Shown: one piece after another, positions 39,063 to 51,200 of the stretch
Layout: the number at the start of each line of letters is the position of its first letter
How positions within the stretch are numbered: position 1 is the first letter of the stretch
Source: Vairimorpha necatrix
Lineage: Eukaryota
Assembly: GCA_036630325.1 (NCBI GenBank)
Contig: CP142730.1
Span: forward strand, 496,001 to 560,000
Direction: 5' to 3'
DNA: 64,000 nt
Notes under the pieces: model-generated
What the model was told of the DNA's origin: nothing
Database searches by the model: none
What the model saw: the letters and a program-made list of their open reading frames with translations, nothing else
Position numbers and translations under genes: made by a program

Positions 39063-42000
39063 AAAAAAAAAACTAAAAACTAAAAAACCTTTGTTGTTAT
39101 TAAAGAAAAGCCACCCAGCAAATAAAAACTTCAACAGCCAATAACTTATGATACACTTTAGCCTACCATAAAGGTTTTGCTTGTAGGAGAAAAATATCCC
39201 TTGGGATTAGAACCACAAACATTCCTGTCTGTGACCTGCGTTCAGCAGGGTTCTAAGAGAATAACACATCTGACCCACTCGTCAGTTAAGAACCTAATTA
39301 GTTCAACGTAAATGCTACGGCACCAGCAGCTTGCCATACATCCCCAGGTAAAAGTGTGTTTTTTTCCTTCTAGATTTCTCTAGATCTGTTCTGGCTTGCA
39401 AGCCTTTCCTTTTCTCGTACTACGACATATCGTTGTACAATCATCTTTTCTGAGAACTCTACTCTTACAAGTAGAGACTTCCTCTTATGAAAACTAGTTT
39501 TGATGTCATTGATGCTACCAATAAATATCTTAACTAGCTCCTCACTTGCTTGAGTTGAAGATCTCAACTCAGATATTTTATCCTCATATAGAGATCTTGT
39601 GTTAGAGAGCGTCGGACAGTCTAACAAAAAGTGTTCAAGGTCTTCTCGATCTCCCTCACATAGGAAACAGTGAGTCCCATAATAAGGAGGGATTCTGTTG
39701 GCATGAGCCAAAGCAGAAGACCATCTGGCTAAATTACACCGAAGCCTGGTGTAATTCCTGATCTGCTTTTGTTTACTTTTGATAGTATGTACTTAATCTG
39801 CAAGTCACAGATTCCATACTTATCTGCTATTAGAGCACCTAAGGTGGTGTTGTAGAACCCCTTGCCTTAAGTATCTCTAAAATCTTGTTCTTGCCTATAA
39901 TGTAGGCAATGCTTTCATAATCGTTCCCGATATATCTCTTACACCAACGTCTAGTCCTCGAACTCTACGTTGTTTTCCCTCCCCTCGGAGATTGGTTAAT
40001 AAATTCCGAGATAATAATTTTATTGTGTTTCCACTTCCTTAATGCCCTAAATCTACTAAAGGCCGCCTGTATGTGAACTTTATTCATACAGAGTTCGTCC
40101 ATTATCCTATATAATGGCACTATTTTTGTTCGAAATACCATTAAGATCGCTTTTCTTAGGATTCTATTGATCACACCAGACCTTATACTAGACATCTTCA
40201 ATAATTCACTTCCGTATATTAGTGAGGGAAATAGCACATTTATATATATATATATATATACCTTTAAAAACTATATTAATTCCTTTATTTAGAAGCTTTG
40301 GTTTTAAAACTTCAGAGCTTTTTTGCCTCTGAAGGCTCCATCTCTTACTAAGTGTTCTTCTAAAGTAGATCTTTTTATAAGAACACCCAAATACCTGTAT
40401 TCGGCGACTTCACCGATTTTTCCAAAGTCAGTCCTGATAGCGACATCTACAGACTCGGATATATTACTGGCATCCCATACTAAGATACCACTTTTGTCAC
40501 AGTTGATCTTCATACGATTCTCAACTGCCCATCTACTGATTTGACACACTTTGTGTTTCAGATCAGCAAGAGTATTGCCTAGAACTACGATGTCATCTGC
40601 AAACATCAGTCCGGGCAGGCTTATATTTGAGCGAGGAACGCTCACTCCTGTTATGCCGTCAAAAATATCATTTATGAATAGATTGAACAGCGTAGGAGAA
40701 CAGGGGCACCCCTGTCTCACACCTTTTTTGTAGAGATATCCACTACTTGTGTCTCCGTTTATACGGATTCTATTCTTAGTATTTCCATAGATATCTTTCA
40801 ATGTGTTTATAAGATATCCCGGAATACTATACCTTTCTAGCTTATTAAATAGTAGCTCATGGCTAACATTGTCGTAAGCTTTTTTTAAAGTCAATAAAAC
40901 ATAGAAATGTTTGTTGACTTCGAAATTCTCTTCTTTTAACAACCTCCAGCAAGGTTGCAATCTATTTCATACATTCTTCTCCTGCTCTAAATCCGGCTTG
41001 GAAAGAAGAAAGAATGTTTTTTTCTTCAACAAACTGTGTAAGTTTGTCGTTTACTATTTTTAAGTAAATTTTGCTTATTGTGTTAATTAGCGCAATTCCT
41101 CTATAGTTGTTGAGATCTGACACATCTCCTTTTTTATGGAGGCAAATCATGTCAGCAGCACTCCAGCTAACAGGAGGGCTGTCTCCTGTTAGTATTCTAT
41201 TGAACTCGTTTACTAGGAACAGGGGCAGCTATTTATCTACTAAACTAGGTTTAAGTAGTACCTTGTATAGCTCGGTTGGAATCTCATCCGATCCAGCTGC
41301 CTTGTTGTTGCCACAGTTATTAGTGGCTCTCAATACTTCCTCCATAGTGATGTTCTCTGGAGTATCCCTTTCGATATTCTTTTATGACAATTTCAACGTC
41401 TGAAATTGAGTTAGCTGGATTAGCGTAAAAGTCATTGGCTATCTCTAACTTCTTTTTATGCTCGTTATGAGCCATGCCCGATACATCTTTCAAGCAAACA
41501 TTGTCTAATCTAACAGTCACGTTGGAAGAACTTTTCAACCATTTCCAGAAGTTTCTGGATCTGTTACTTTAATAGAGCTCGATGACCTTGAAGGCCCAAA
41601 GTACGGCTCGATCAATCCGAACTTTTATCTTTGTTGCCTTAATCTTATCCTTCAGTAACATGTACCTATGCACAGACGTTACGACCTATTCGTTAGCATA
41701 CGCTTAGTAGCATTTTTAAAACTTTTAAAGGCATTTACGTGTCTCCATCTGATGGGCAGTCCTTTGAATGTCCCCACTTTACTGTGTATCTTGGAGGATA
41801 TACAAACGTCTTTTATAACTCTAGAGAGTTCATCTAGTGTGAATGTTTTTTCATATAACTTTCTTGAAAGCTTAGCTTACATTCCTGGATGCTCAAGTTT
41901 CTTCCTATTGTAGGCAAATGACCATTCTCTCACTGGAGAAGGAAGAGATATCATTCTCTTCAGCAAGAGATGATCACTTACCGCCAATCTTCGAGAAATT

Positions 42001-45000
42001 GTTATTTTCTCGTTGTTGAATTAAGACCCCAAATATCGTATCAATACGTCTTTTAGAAACTTGTCCATCACTCAGGATTCTTGTCCCTGATAATCTGTTA
42101 TAGTTTATTGCAGGGCTTAACCCTGCGATAGCAAGCTTCTTTTTGAGGGAAGAATCACTAGTATTCATAACCTCATCACTACAATCTCCTTGTAGTTTCT
42201 TTTATCCTTCTCAATACTAAGAAGGTTAATTACTTTACTTAGAGCTTCGGCCTTGTACTCTCTCTTGTGGGACGTAAACATTGACTATTAAAATCTTTGT
42301 CCACCCCGTACTAGTTTTGAATTCAACGACAGTTTGCAGGATATTGTCGTCATCCCCCTTTTGGAACATCTTACTGCCCCGTCTTTTCTGACTAGAGTCA
42401 TTAGACCCGGCCGATTCTTTCCTATGGCTGTTGTCTCCACCATCATAACTTTTCTAGTCTCGTAGAACCTAAGGATTTCTTCCAAGTTTCTTGGAGACAT
42501 AAGACTGTTGGATTTTCTACTTTAAAAGGAATTCTAAGTCCTCCTTCTTTCCGTAGAAATGGTTGATGTTAAGACTATAGAGCTTGGCCTTCTCTATGGA
42601 CTTGCATCTTCTTTTATTCTCCACTCTATCACGAGTTGGAATTTCTTTTAATATTTCTAGGCCAAGTTTATCCATGGCTTCAGAAATTTCTTTTTTTTTG
42701 ACCTTCTGACCACGCAGAAGATGAAGTTAGCATCTTTTCTGCGATTCTTTCTAGTATAGATAAGAGAGTCCGATAATCCCGTTGACACTCTGTCTAACTG
42801 TTGTCGGAGTTCTTCTCCTTTGATATGGTTGGCCATTGTTTTAACTGAACACAACCCCTTTTGAATGCTTGTTCTCAGCATTCTAGCTTTTACCATGATA
42901 TAGACATGAGATTTAAATCTCAGTTTACATCCATTACTTTTATTAGTAAAGTTACTAACTTTTGGTGAATTGTTGGGTAGACAATAATTTTTGGTACAGC
43001 TAAGAAGCCGTATAACTTGTTTTTTATAAATGAATTAATTAGGGTATGTTTATTGTAGTTTATATTTATAGTTTAACAAGGTTAGGTTCCGCGTTAGCGT
43101 CACCTGCTTAAAGGTAGCTTTGTGGCTACATAGTCCTTTCCACATCGGCTTCGTCTCCTCTCCTTCGGTAGTCCAGAGAAATGCTTTCTGGCGTCTTCTT
43201 TAGCATAATCATCTGGATGTACGCTTCTACCTTCTTAGGGATTCAAAGTCTTGTGGTATATGATTTGTGAAACTTAGTCACTATACCGTCCCAAGTGATT
43301 ACGTAGGGAATTATTTCTGTTTTAAACCCATATATTAAGCCCAGTTCGCCTGCAAGGACATCATACTTTCTTAACTTATCGTTTTCTACTTGCTGTAGAT
43401 TCTCTTGTGATGTGACACCCATTTCAATTATTTTAATTAATTAATTCTTTTTATCTACTACGACAATATCAGGTTTATTATATTTTGTTTTTTATAAAAA
43501 TATATATTATTTAATTAAATTCTTTAAATAATTGATTTTTATCACGGTTCATTGTGAAGTTTACTATCAACTTTCATGTCTTTCCCGAGCTGTTTCGCAT
43601 TCAGCTCGGAAAGGAAGAACTCTTCATGGCTTACTGTAGAATTATCAGATAGCCCCCTTTTTATAACTTTTATTGCCTTATCAACAGGCACATACTTCTT
43701 CCAATTTTGACGAAGATCGGAGAATATTTTCGTCAAAGATGATTTGTTCCTAGAGATATAGTCGCCTACTTCGTTTTCGGCAAATAATACTCTTGCCTTT
43801 TTTGAAGAGCTCCCTGAAGTTTCTGCAGCTTGAAAGCAGAATTCACCTCTAATAAGAAACCCCCTGCCCTCTCCTTCAATATCTTTTACTAGAGGAATAT
43901 TCTTTTACTCTATGCCTATTATTTTGGCCGCGGTCACCCTAATGATGTGTTCCCCTCGGGGGAAACCATAAGCGACTACAATTTTGTATTTGTAGTCCTT
44001 GAGGCTCTTTCCTTTGATTGCTAGGTCTAGCAACTCTTCTCTGGATAGCTTATCTATCCAATTCGACTGTTTCTTCCTCGATGTGTGAGGAGAAGTTACC
44101 TTGGGCGAAGAAGTTTTCTTCATCCTGGATTTGCGCTTAGTCATAAATTTCGACTTCGCACGAGCTTTTATAGATAACATTAACCAATCAACTTTCAGTA
44201 TTTTATTACAGGTTTTAAAACTTGAAACGGGTACTTTCAACTGTTTCTTATCACAGTTGAAATTCTTTTTTACACACCCTAGAAATGGGGCAAACCTATT
44301 GGTATCGACTGTTTTTGATGTTTTTGAGAATGACTGTCCAGCCATTCTTTGTCTTTTCTGTTAGAAGAATATTTTTCTTCAACAACTTTCTGTTTCCTTT
44401 CTCGGCAGCGGTAACCTTCCGTAAAAACACATTAAAGGTATTGGATGATGGTATCCTTTTACCAATAACCTTTATTTGCTCTTTATCTTACCCTTTGCTA
44501 AGCCATCAAACTTCTCCTTTTCCTTTTTTTGATCAGTACGATCAGCTTTTATGGTGATTGGTTCTTCACACTCTCCTCTTTTAGCAGTGAGAATCATGTC
44601 AATTCTCTGCTCTAATCTTTCATTTGAAGCCTTTAGGGCATCAATTTGTGTGTTGAGTTGGTTTCTCATTACAAAAATCTCAATCTCATGCTGTTTCTTC
44701 AAGTTTTTAAGCTTGAATCTCTGTTCACTGAGCTCTTCACAGATGGCATCTAAGTACTCCTGATGAATACTTGTCACTCCATGTGAACTCTTACAATAGG
44801 AAGCAAGGCTAACTATCAGCCTAGCTCTCCCACAGTACCTTTGGTTGGCGTTTCTGCCTTCTTCTATCTTAATTCTGTTGAATAAAGTCTCTGTTTGTGA
44901 CCAGAATTTTATCAATTCTTGGTCTATGAAAGCAGCCCTGCGGAGGCTGCTAACTTCACAATCTGGTTTGTAACCTTCCAATACTAGTGAATTAACACTT

Positions 45001-45075
45001 TCTTGTACTCCAGAGGTCGATAAGTCGGCCTCAATCTCGCAAGTTTCTTTTTTCTTTTTTGCGTTGGGGAACCCC
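39063..45075 (-). mobile_element. Full-length APE-type non-LTR retrotransposon (LINE), pseudogenised
   Basis: ORF1 pieces 43542-44981. Endonuclease pieces (IDTIF, SDH region) at 41900-42500. RT motifs NYRGIAL, LKKAYD, GVRQGCPCSPTLFN, FADD, YRYLGV. C-terminal CFLC...EHFLLDC. ~300-nt 3' UTR. Confidence 0.93.
43031..43484 (-). mobile_element. 5'-truncated RLE-type (R2/R4/NeSL-like) non-LTR fragment nested in the LINE
   Basis: The minus strand reads KPDIVVVDK...IIEMGVT...KLRKYDVLAGEL...IPYVITWDG (PD-(D/E)xK endonuclease). 14-bp TSD TTGTTTTTTATAAA. Absent from the LINE copy at ~920. Confidence 0.85.
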
Positions 45076-45105
45076 GTTACCTTTAAATCTATCTCATAGA
45101 ACGAT

Positions 45106-45284
45106 AAAAAAAAAACTAAAAAACTTTATTGTTATTAAAAAAAAAGACACCCAGCAAATAAGAACTTCAACAGCAAAAAAAAACTTTTATTGTTATTAAA
45201 GAAAAGTCACATATCAAATAAAAACTTTAACAGCCAATAACTTGTGATACACATCAGCATACCATAAAGGCCTTGCTTGTAGGA
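45106..45284 (-). mobile_element. Extreme 5'-truncated LINE insertion (3' UTR end only, with internal duplication)
   Basis: Homologous to 39063-39188. 15-bp TSD ATCTCATAGAACGAT at 45091-45105 and 45285-45299. Confidence 0.88.
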
Positions 45285-46031
45285 ATCTCATAGAACGATG
45301 CCGAGTAAATAGTCAAAAGGATTTAGAAGAGGAAAATAAAAAAATTGTAAGTGACTAGCTGAGAATATAACCTTAAAAAGTTGTGTGTTTAGAAGGATAT
45401 GGTGTTAATAATTTGGAGCAAATAGAGAAATAAAACATAAAAAATATATTTTGTTAGAGCCGATATCATGATAGTAAACATACTGGCTCTAATATAAATA
45501 TCTAATACATGTTGTGGATCAACTAAAAAATATATTATAAGTAGAAATATCATTGTATAAAATAAGGAAATTTTAATTGTTTTTCAAATACAATGTTTAG
45601 ATAATTGTTAATAGTTTCTATTTTTGATATAATTAATCTTTCACTACTGCTTCAATTATTAAAATAGGGGTTGTTGGTAATTTGTTGTCTCAACGAACAT
45701 TTGCTCATTTTTATTGTTTTCTGTAGTACAATAATTTGTTTTTTTACTGTTTTCCTTATAGTATTGCGATTTATTTTTTGATTTTGTATATGCGAATTCG
45801 CCCATATTCAAATGCAATGCTCTACATAAATTCTTATTATTATTTATTTGAAATAATTTGTTCGAATGACATTAAAAAAACATCTTTCCAAATATTTTCT
45901 TGAAATTTCTTCTTTTTCCTCAATCAATAAAACTATCAACTACTTTTAAATTTCAAAGTAATGTTAACAATTATTTTCATATGCCAATCTAGTTGTATTT
46001 GAATTGCAATATTTACGTATTTCTTATTTTC

Positions 46032-47690
46032 TTACATTTTCTCAGTTTTTTCTCTTAATTTTTCTTTTAACTCTTCCTTATATTTTTTTATCTTTAACAC
46101 TTCGAGATTAGATTCTTTAGCATCAGTTTTCATTTCAATCTTATTTTTTTCAATTAGTTTTCCTTTATATTCATAGATATTTATAGAATTGGATCCAGTG
46201 AATAATGCGATTGTTTTATAGGTCATTTCCAATAATTTGTTATTACTTATAGTTACTATCTCCTTAAGAATATTAAATAAATCAATATTTTTTTCAGTTG
46301 TGCTCGTATCAACTGTAGTTGTTTTATTTTTTTCGTCAATAATTTCGCCAATTTCTTTAAGTGTTTTAAAAATCTTATCATCACTTACATCATTTTCTTG
46401 GATATATGCTTCTGCTTCTATTATTAAACAAATAACAATTACATATAGATCAATGCCTTTTAAATCCTCTTTTACAAGTTTTGTCAATTTTCTAATTACA
46501 TGCGTTATATGATGTTCGCTGTCTTTTTTATTTCCAATCATAAATTTTTCACCACTTCGAAATTTTTTTTTATTTTTTCTATATTGAAAAGAAAATATCA
46601 TATGTATGGCGGATTCTGGTTTGGATATAATTCTTTTGACAAGGAATTCTATCTTGTTATGATTTTTTAATAAATTGTAAAACAACTCAATTTCGTTTGT
46701 ATACTCAGTGTTAGTTAGCTTAGAACATATTTTTTCAAATTCCATATGGCAAGTCCTACTTATGTAATGTTTATTATTATCTAACGGTATAGAGTCCTCT
46801 ATATGAAAGATATAATTGTTTTTGTAATATTTAAAAACTACCGCTTCTGTTTTTATATGAATTGAATAATTTTCTTCTTTTTTACTTATGTTGATATATT
46901 TACCATAAATATAAATATTTTCATCATTGTCACGCAAAGACAGATTACAATTATCGGGCGATAACTCATATATATCTTGAAGTTTATGCATTATTTTATC
47001 TTCACAAGTATCAGCTACATTCACTTCAAAATCAAACTTGTGATATAGTTCATTAATGCAAAATTCAAAAAAATAAAGCACGTTTTCTATATCAATAGTC
47101 AACACAATAAATTTCTTACCTGTCTTTAAATCATCATAATAACATATTGAAGATTGTTGTTCTGTAATAGACCCGTCTTTAAGAGTTCTAATTTTAGTGA
47201 TTATTTTTTCAAATATATCTCCACTATGACAAATGTTTTCATAGATAATTTCTGAATATTCCTTATTGTCACTTCTTAACACGTTTCTTTTTTTTACTTC
47301 TTCTACTAACTCTTTAGTAATGGGACAATTATAATAATCATATTCTTCATATATAAACCTATATGCATTTTCGTTCTTATAGTTGAATAATGTTTTTAGT
47401 TTATCCTCTAATAGCTTAATGATATTTTTAACTGATTTCTGTCCTTCGGGTATAATAGTCAATATTTTTAGAGGAATTGTTTCCCGTGGAGTCGTCCATT
47501 TCAAATAAAATTTATATTTATTTATTTTATAAACTGCAATTATATCAATGTAATTCTTTCCTTTTCTCATATCACAAAAACGATAATTTCCCGTTTTAAT
47601 TTTTTTTAAAAGATCATCTTGAATTATTTTGCATGTTTCTAAGTTTGCTTGTACAAACAATATTGCAGAAACGACTTTCAAGATATTCAT
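46032..47690 (-). CDS. Putative secreted protein, paralog family member 2 (552 aa)
   Basis: Intact ORF, CCCTCC-ATG, signal-like MNILKVVSAILFVQA. Shared motifs GQKS, IEFLVKRII and EAEAYI...FKTLKEIG. Confidence 0.88.
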   Translation of the reverse strand: MNILKVVSAILFVQANLETCKIIQDDLLKKIKTGNYRFCDMRKGKNYIDIIAVYKINKYKFYLKWTTPRETIPLKILTIIPEGQKSVKNIIKLLEDKLKTLFNYKNENAYRFIYEEYDYYNCPITKELVEEVKKRNVLRSDNKEYSEIIYENICHSGDIFEKIITKIRTLKDGSITEQQSSICYYDDLKTGKKFIVLTIDIENVLYFFEFCINELYHKFDFEVNVADTCEDKIMHKLQDIYELSPDNCNLSLRDNDENIYIYGKYINISKKEENYSIHIKTEAVVFKYYKNNYIFHIEDSIPLDNNKHYISRTCHMEFEKICSKLTNTEYTNEIELFYNLLKNHNKIEFLVKRIISKPESAIHMIFSFQYRKNKKKFRSGEKFMIGNKKDSEHHITHVIRKLTKLVKEDLKGIDLYVIVICLIIEAEAYIQENDVSDDKIFKTLKEIGEIIDEKNKTTTVDTSTTEKNIDLFNILKEIVTISNNKLLEMTYKTIALFTGSNSINIYEYKGKLIEKNKIEMKTDAKESNLEVLKIKKYKEELKEKLREKTEKM

Positions 47691-47883
47691 GGAGGGTAGC
47701 AGAAAAATTTGTTTTTATATGAAAATAAATTAAAATATTCAAATATTTAGAAAAAATCACATCAAATTAAATATTATTTCTGTAGATTAAAAAATGAAAA
47801 ACAGTGTTATTGTATTAGCTTTTGGATATTATTGAAAAAGACAAGATAATTATTAAATTTACATATAAACATAAAAAATTACC

Positions 47884-48262
47884 GGACCATTTTCACTTTA
47901 GCCCCCCCTACCAATATGAATTTAGAATTTTAAAAAATATCACTTTTTTTAAAAGTCGAAGCTGAAAAAATGTGGTTGAGGAAAAAAACAAAAAATAATT
48001 TAAAATAAAATAGCTTAATAACCAAAACAAGCTAATTTTTTGTTTTTTTTTTGAAATATTTTGATCGTTTTCTTCTTCCAGTGATTGATCAATAATTATC
48101 TTGATTGTACATTGTAAAGTATAACAAAGATTATTCTTGAACAATTTCTATAAAACAATAATATATAAGGGAATTACTTTGTTATAAAGTATATTTTTTA
48201 AGAAATAAACAGTTTTATAAATATGTGAAATTTCACTTTTGGAAATAAAATTGATAATATTA
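47884..48262. mobile_element. Left half of a diverged MULE-type MITE
   Basis: GGACCATTTTCACTTTAGCCCCCCC...AAAAAATATCAC resembles the TIR at 3509. Truncated at the LTR. Confidence 0.6.
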
Positions 48263-51200
48263 TGTTGAAGGAGTTAATGTTGAATAACTATAAATAGCTA
48301 TAATATTATTAAATACCCCTTATGTCTACTATTCTCAACAGTTAACAAGCATAAGGGTTTATTTATTAAATAGTATAAAGACAACAACATCCCCCCCCCC
48401 CCCAAAAAAAAGCACCTTATCGGTTAACTTCTCTCACTTTTATTTTCATTTAAGAATTTTTGAAATTTTGTAAGCTGAGCGTGATTACGCTTAACCTCTT
48501 TTCAGTTGTTAAAACATAATAAGAATCACCTTCTAGGATTCTACAATTTTCCCTACAAATACGTATTTACTATCTGCTTTGGCAAATGATGTATTAGTAA
48601 GAATGTCTTGTGATAGTACATATTCTCCAATCTCAAATTTTTCTCTTTTTAACGACTTAAATTCCTTCTCGTATTTAATTCGTTGCGCTTCTTTTTCTTC
48701 TGGCGTAATTCTATTTTCCCACATCTCATTTGAGTACACTTAATACCGCTGTGATAGGTATTATTAAATCGTTTAACTATATCTGGTAAATTTATTTCCA
48801 AATTATAAATGGGTTCTGATAAAAACTTTTTCCTTATAATCTGCCATATATTTCTATTTAGTCTTTCGACTCTTCCGTTGGACTGATGTTTTCCCGGGCT
48901 TGCTATGAACTATAATCGAGTTTTTCTCGCACCACATTGAGAACTCTTTCGATATGAATTCTCTCCCATTATCTATTATAATTTGTTTCGGAAGTCCCCA
49001 TTCTTCAAAGATTTCTTTCATTTTTTTAAACGTTTTCTTGTTCGTTTTGTTCATTAGATATTTTATATTAACTTTTCATGTGTAAAGATCAATACATGTA
49101 AGTAGGGTATAGCCTGTTCTAGGAATAAAAGGTCCATGCTAACCTTTTCCAATTTGTAATTTGCTTCCACTAACTTTTCTCCTCCTCGTGTCTTTTGTTG
49201 ATTGCATTGACAAGGTTTACAACGTTTAAAGTATTGAGCAATTGATTCGTTTATTTTAGCTCAATAATATTTTCTCTTTATTGTATAAATCATTGCATCT
49301 CTTCCGTCGTGGGTTGTAAGTTTTTCGTGTGCTTCCTTAAGGAGCGCTGGTCTATCTTCGACGCGCGAGAAAAGCTTTGTTTCTGTGTCGTTTACTTTAT
49401 AGTACCACGTACCTTTAGAATCGATGAGCACATTTTTTGGCAGTTTTAAGTCATGAGTTTAATCCTCCTTTTCAGAAAATCTACTTAACACATCAGCCTC
49501 AATAATTTCGGCGCCTTTCTTATAATGTATTGTGAAGTCATAACTTTGAAGTTTCTCTCTCATTCGTTCTAATTTCATATTTCCATATATATGTTTTGTT
49601 TTAGCAAACGTAAGGGCGGTGTGATCGGTTATTACTTTAAACTTATAGCCTTTTAAATATAATTCATAGTTGTAGTATTCCCCAAGCCATAGCTAGAAAT
49701 TCTTTCTCTGTTATTGTATATTTTTTCTCTGCTTCAGACAGCTTTTTGGATGCCCAATCTATAACTATAAGTTCGCCATCTTTTTCTTGTTGATGACAAG
49801 CTCCTATTCCTGTATTTGAGGCATCTGTTGTTAAGACAAATGGTTTTGTGAAGTCTGCTACATTTATTGCTATGTTAGAATTTATCTTTAGTTTTATGTT
49901 GCTAAAAGTTTCCTCGCATTCTTTAGTCCATTTTACTTGGTCGTTGTCCATGAGACCTTTAAGTGCATCATATAATGGTTGCGAAATTGTTGCAAGGTCG
50001 CAATATATTTTCTATAGTAATTTGCAAATCCAAGAAATTTTTGTGAGTTTTTTTTTGGTTTTTGGCGTTTTGAAATCCATTATCTTTCTCTGGTGTTCTC
50101 CTATTGGCCATTGAGTTGACCCGTTGATCATAGATCCTAAAAGCTTTACTGTTTTGCTTTTATATTGCATTTTATCTGCGTTAACTTTAAAATTATTATC
50201 TGCGAGCCTTTGAAGAACTTCTGATAAGTTCTGGTCATGTTCTTTTTCTGTTTTTTCCATATACTATTATGTCGTCCATATATACCATACATTTAGTTTC
50301 AATGATATCACTTAAAATATTATCCATTATCATTTGAAAGATTGCTGGTAAATTTTTGAAGCCTTAAGGCATTCTGGTGTATTTGTACAAATTATTGTTA
50401 AAATAAAAGGCTGTTTTATGCTTATCTTTAGGGTCAATTTTTATTTGGAAGAAGCCGTCTGATAGATCAAATACTGTAAAAATTTTCTGCCCTGTGTCAT
50501 ATTAATGATATCATTTATTTTTTGGATCGTGTAATTGTTTTCCTCTACAACTTTGTTTAACCATTGCATATTACAGGTTATTCTATATCCTCCATTCGGT
50601 TTTTTACTGGGCGCATATGATTGCACCATGACGAGGTAGATCTTTCCATATAACCCAAATTTAGAAGTTTTGTTATTGTTTTTTGGGTACCTTCTATGTC
50701 ACATTGTAATATGTTTTATTTTTTTTAATATTGATTTTGGCACCTTCTTTTGTATCTATTGTGCACATTATTTTATTATAACCTCCGGATGGTTCATCAT
50801 TAAAGAGTTTACAGAACTTTTTCTTAAGTTCTCTTATTTTTTGTCTCGATTTTTGGACATTAACTATAGTTGAATTACCAATAAAAAGGGGAATTGATCA
50901 ACTGTCCATGATGTAAAAAGTGGTTGTTATCTGTATGTGATTTATTTTCACAGTTAATTCTACGTATTCTGTTAGGGTATTTTCTTGTCCAAAAATGTTT
51001 GTTGCCGTAATCTCTTTCGTCTCTATGTTAAGAAATCCTTTTTCTTCAACAAGCTTCCTACTAATTAAATTTGGATTGCTACCTGTATCTACCACTGCAT
51101 TTATTATATCTCCAGCAAGAAATACTTCCATAGTCTTAACTTCTCCTAGTGGTGTTTGTAGATTGTTAATCAAAAATCTTTCCAAATGCAAATTTTGTTT

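Noticed and set aside
39260-39300. Hammerhead ribozyme in the LINE 3' UTR (sense CTGACGAG)
   Set aside because: The motif is part of a simple CTGAC/GTCAG hairpin; no properly placed GAAA or stems I-III were found.
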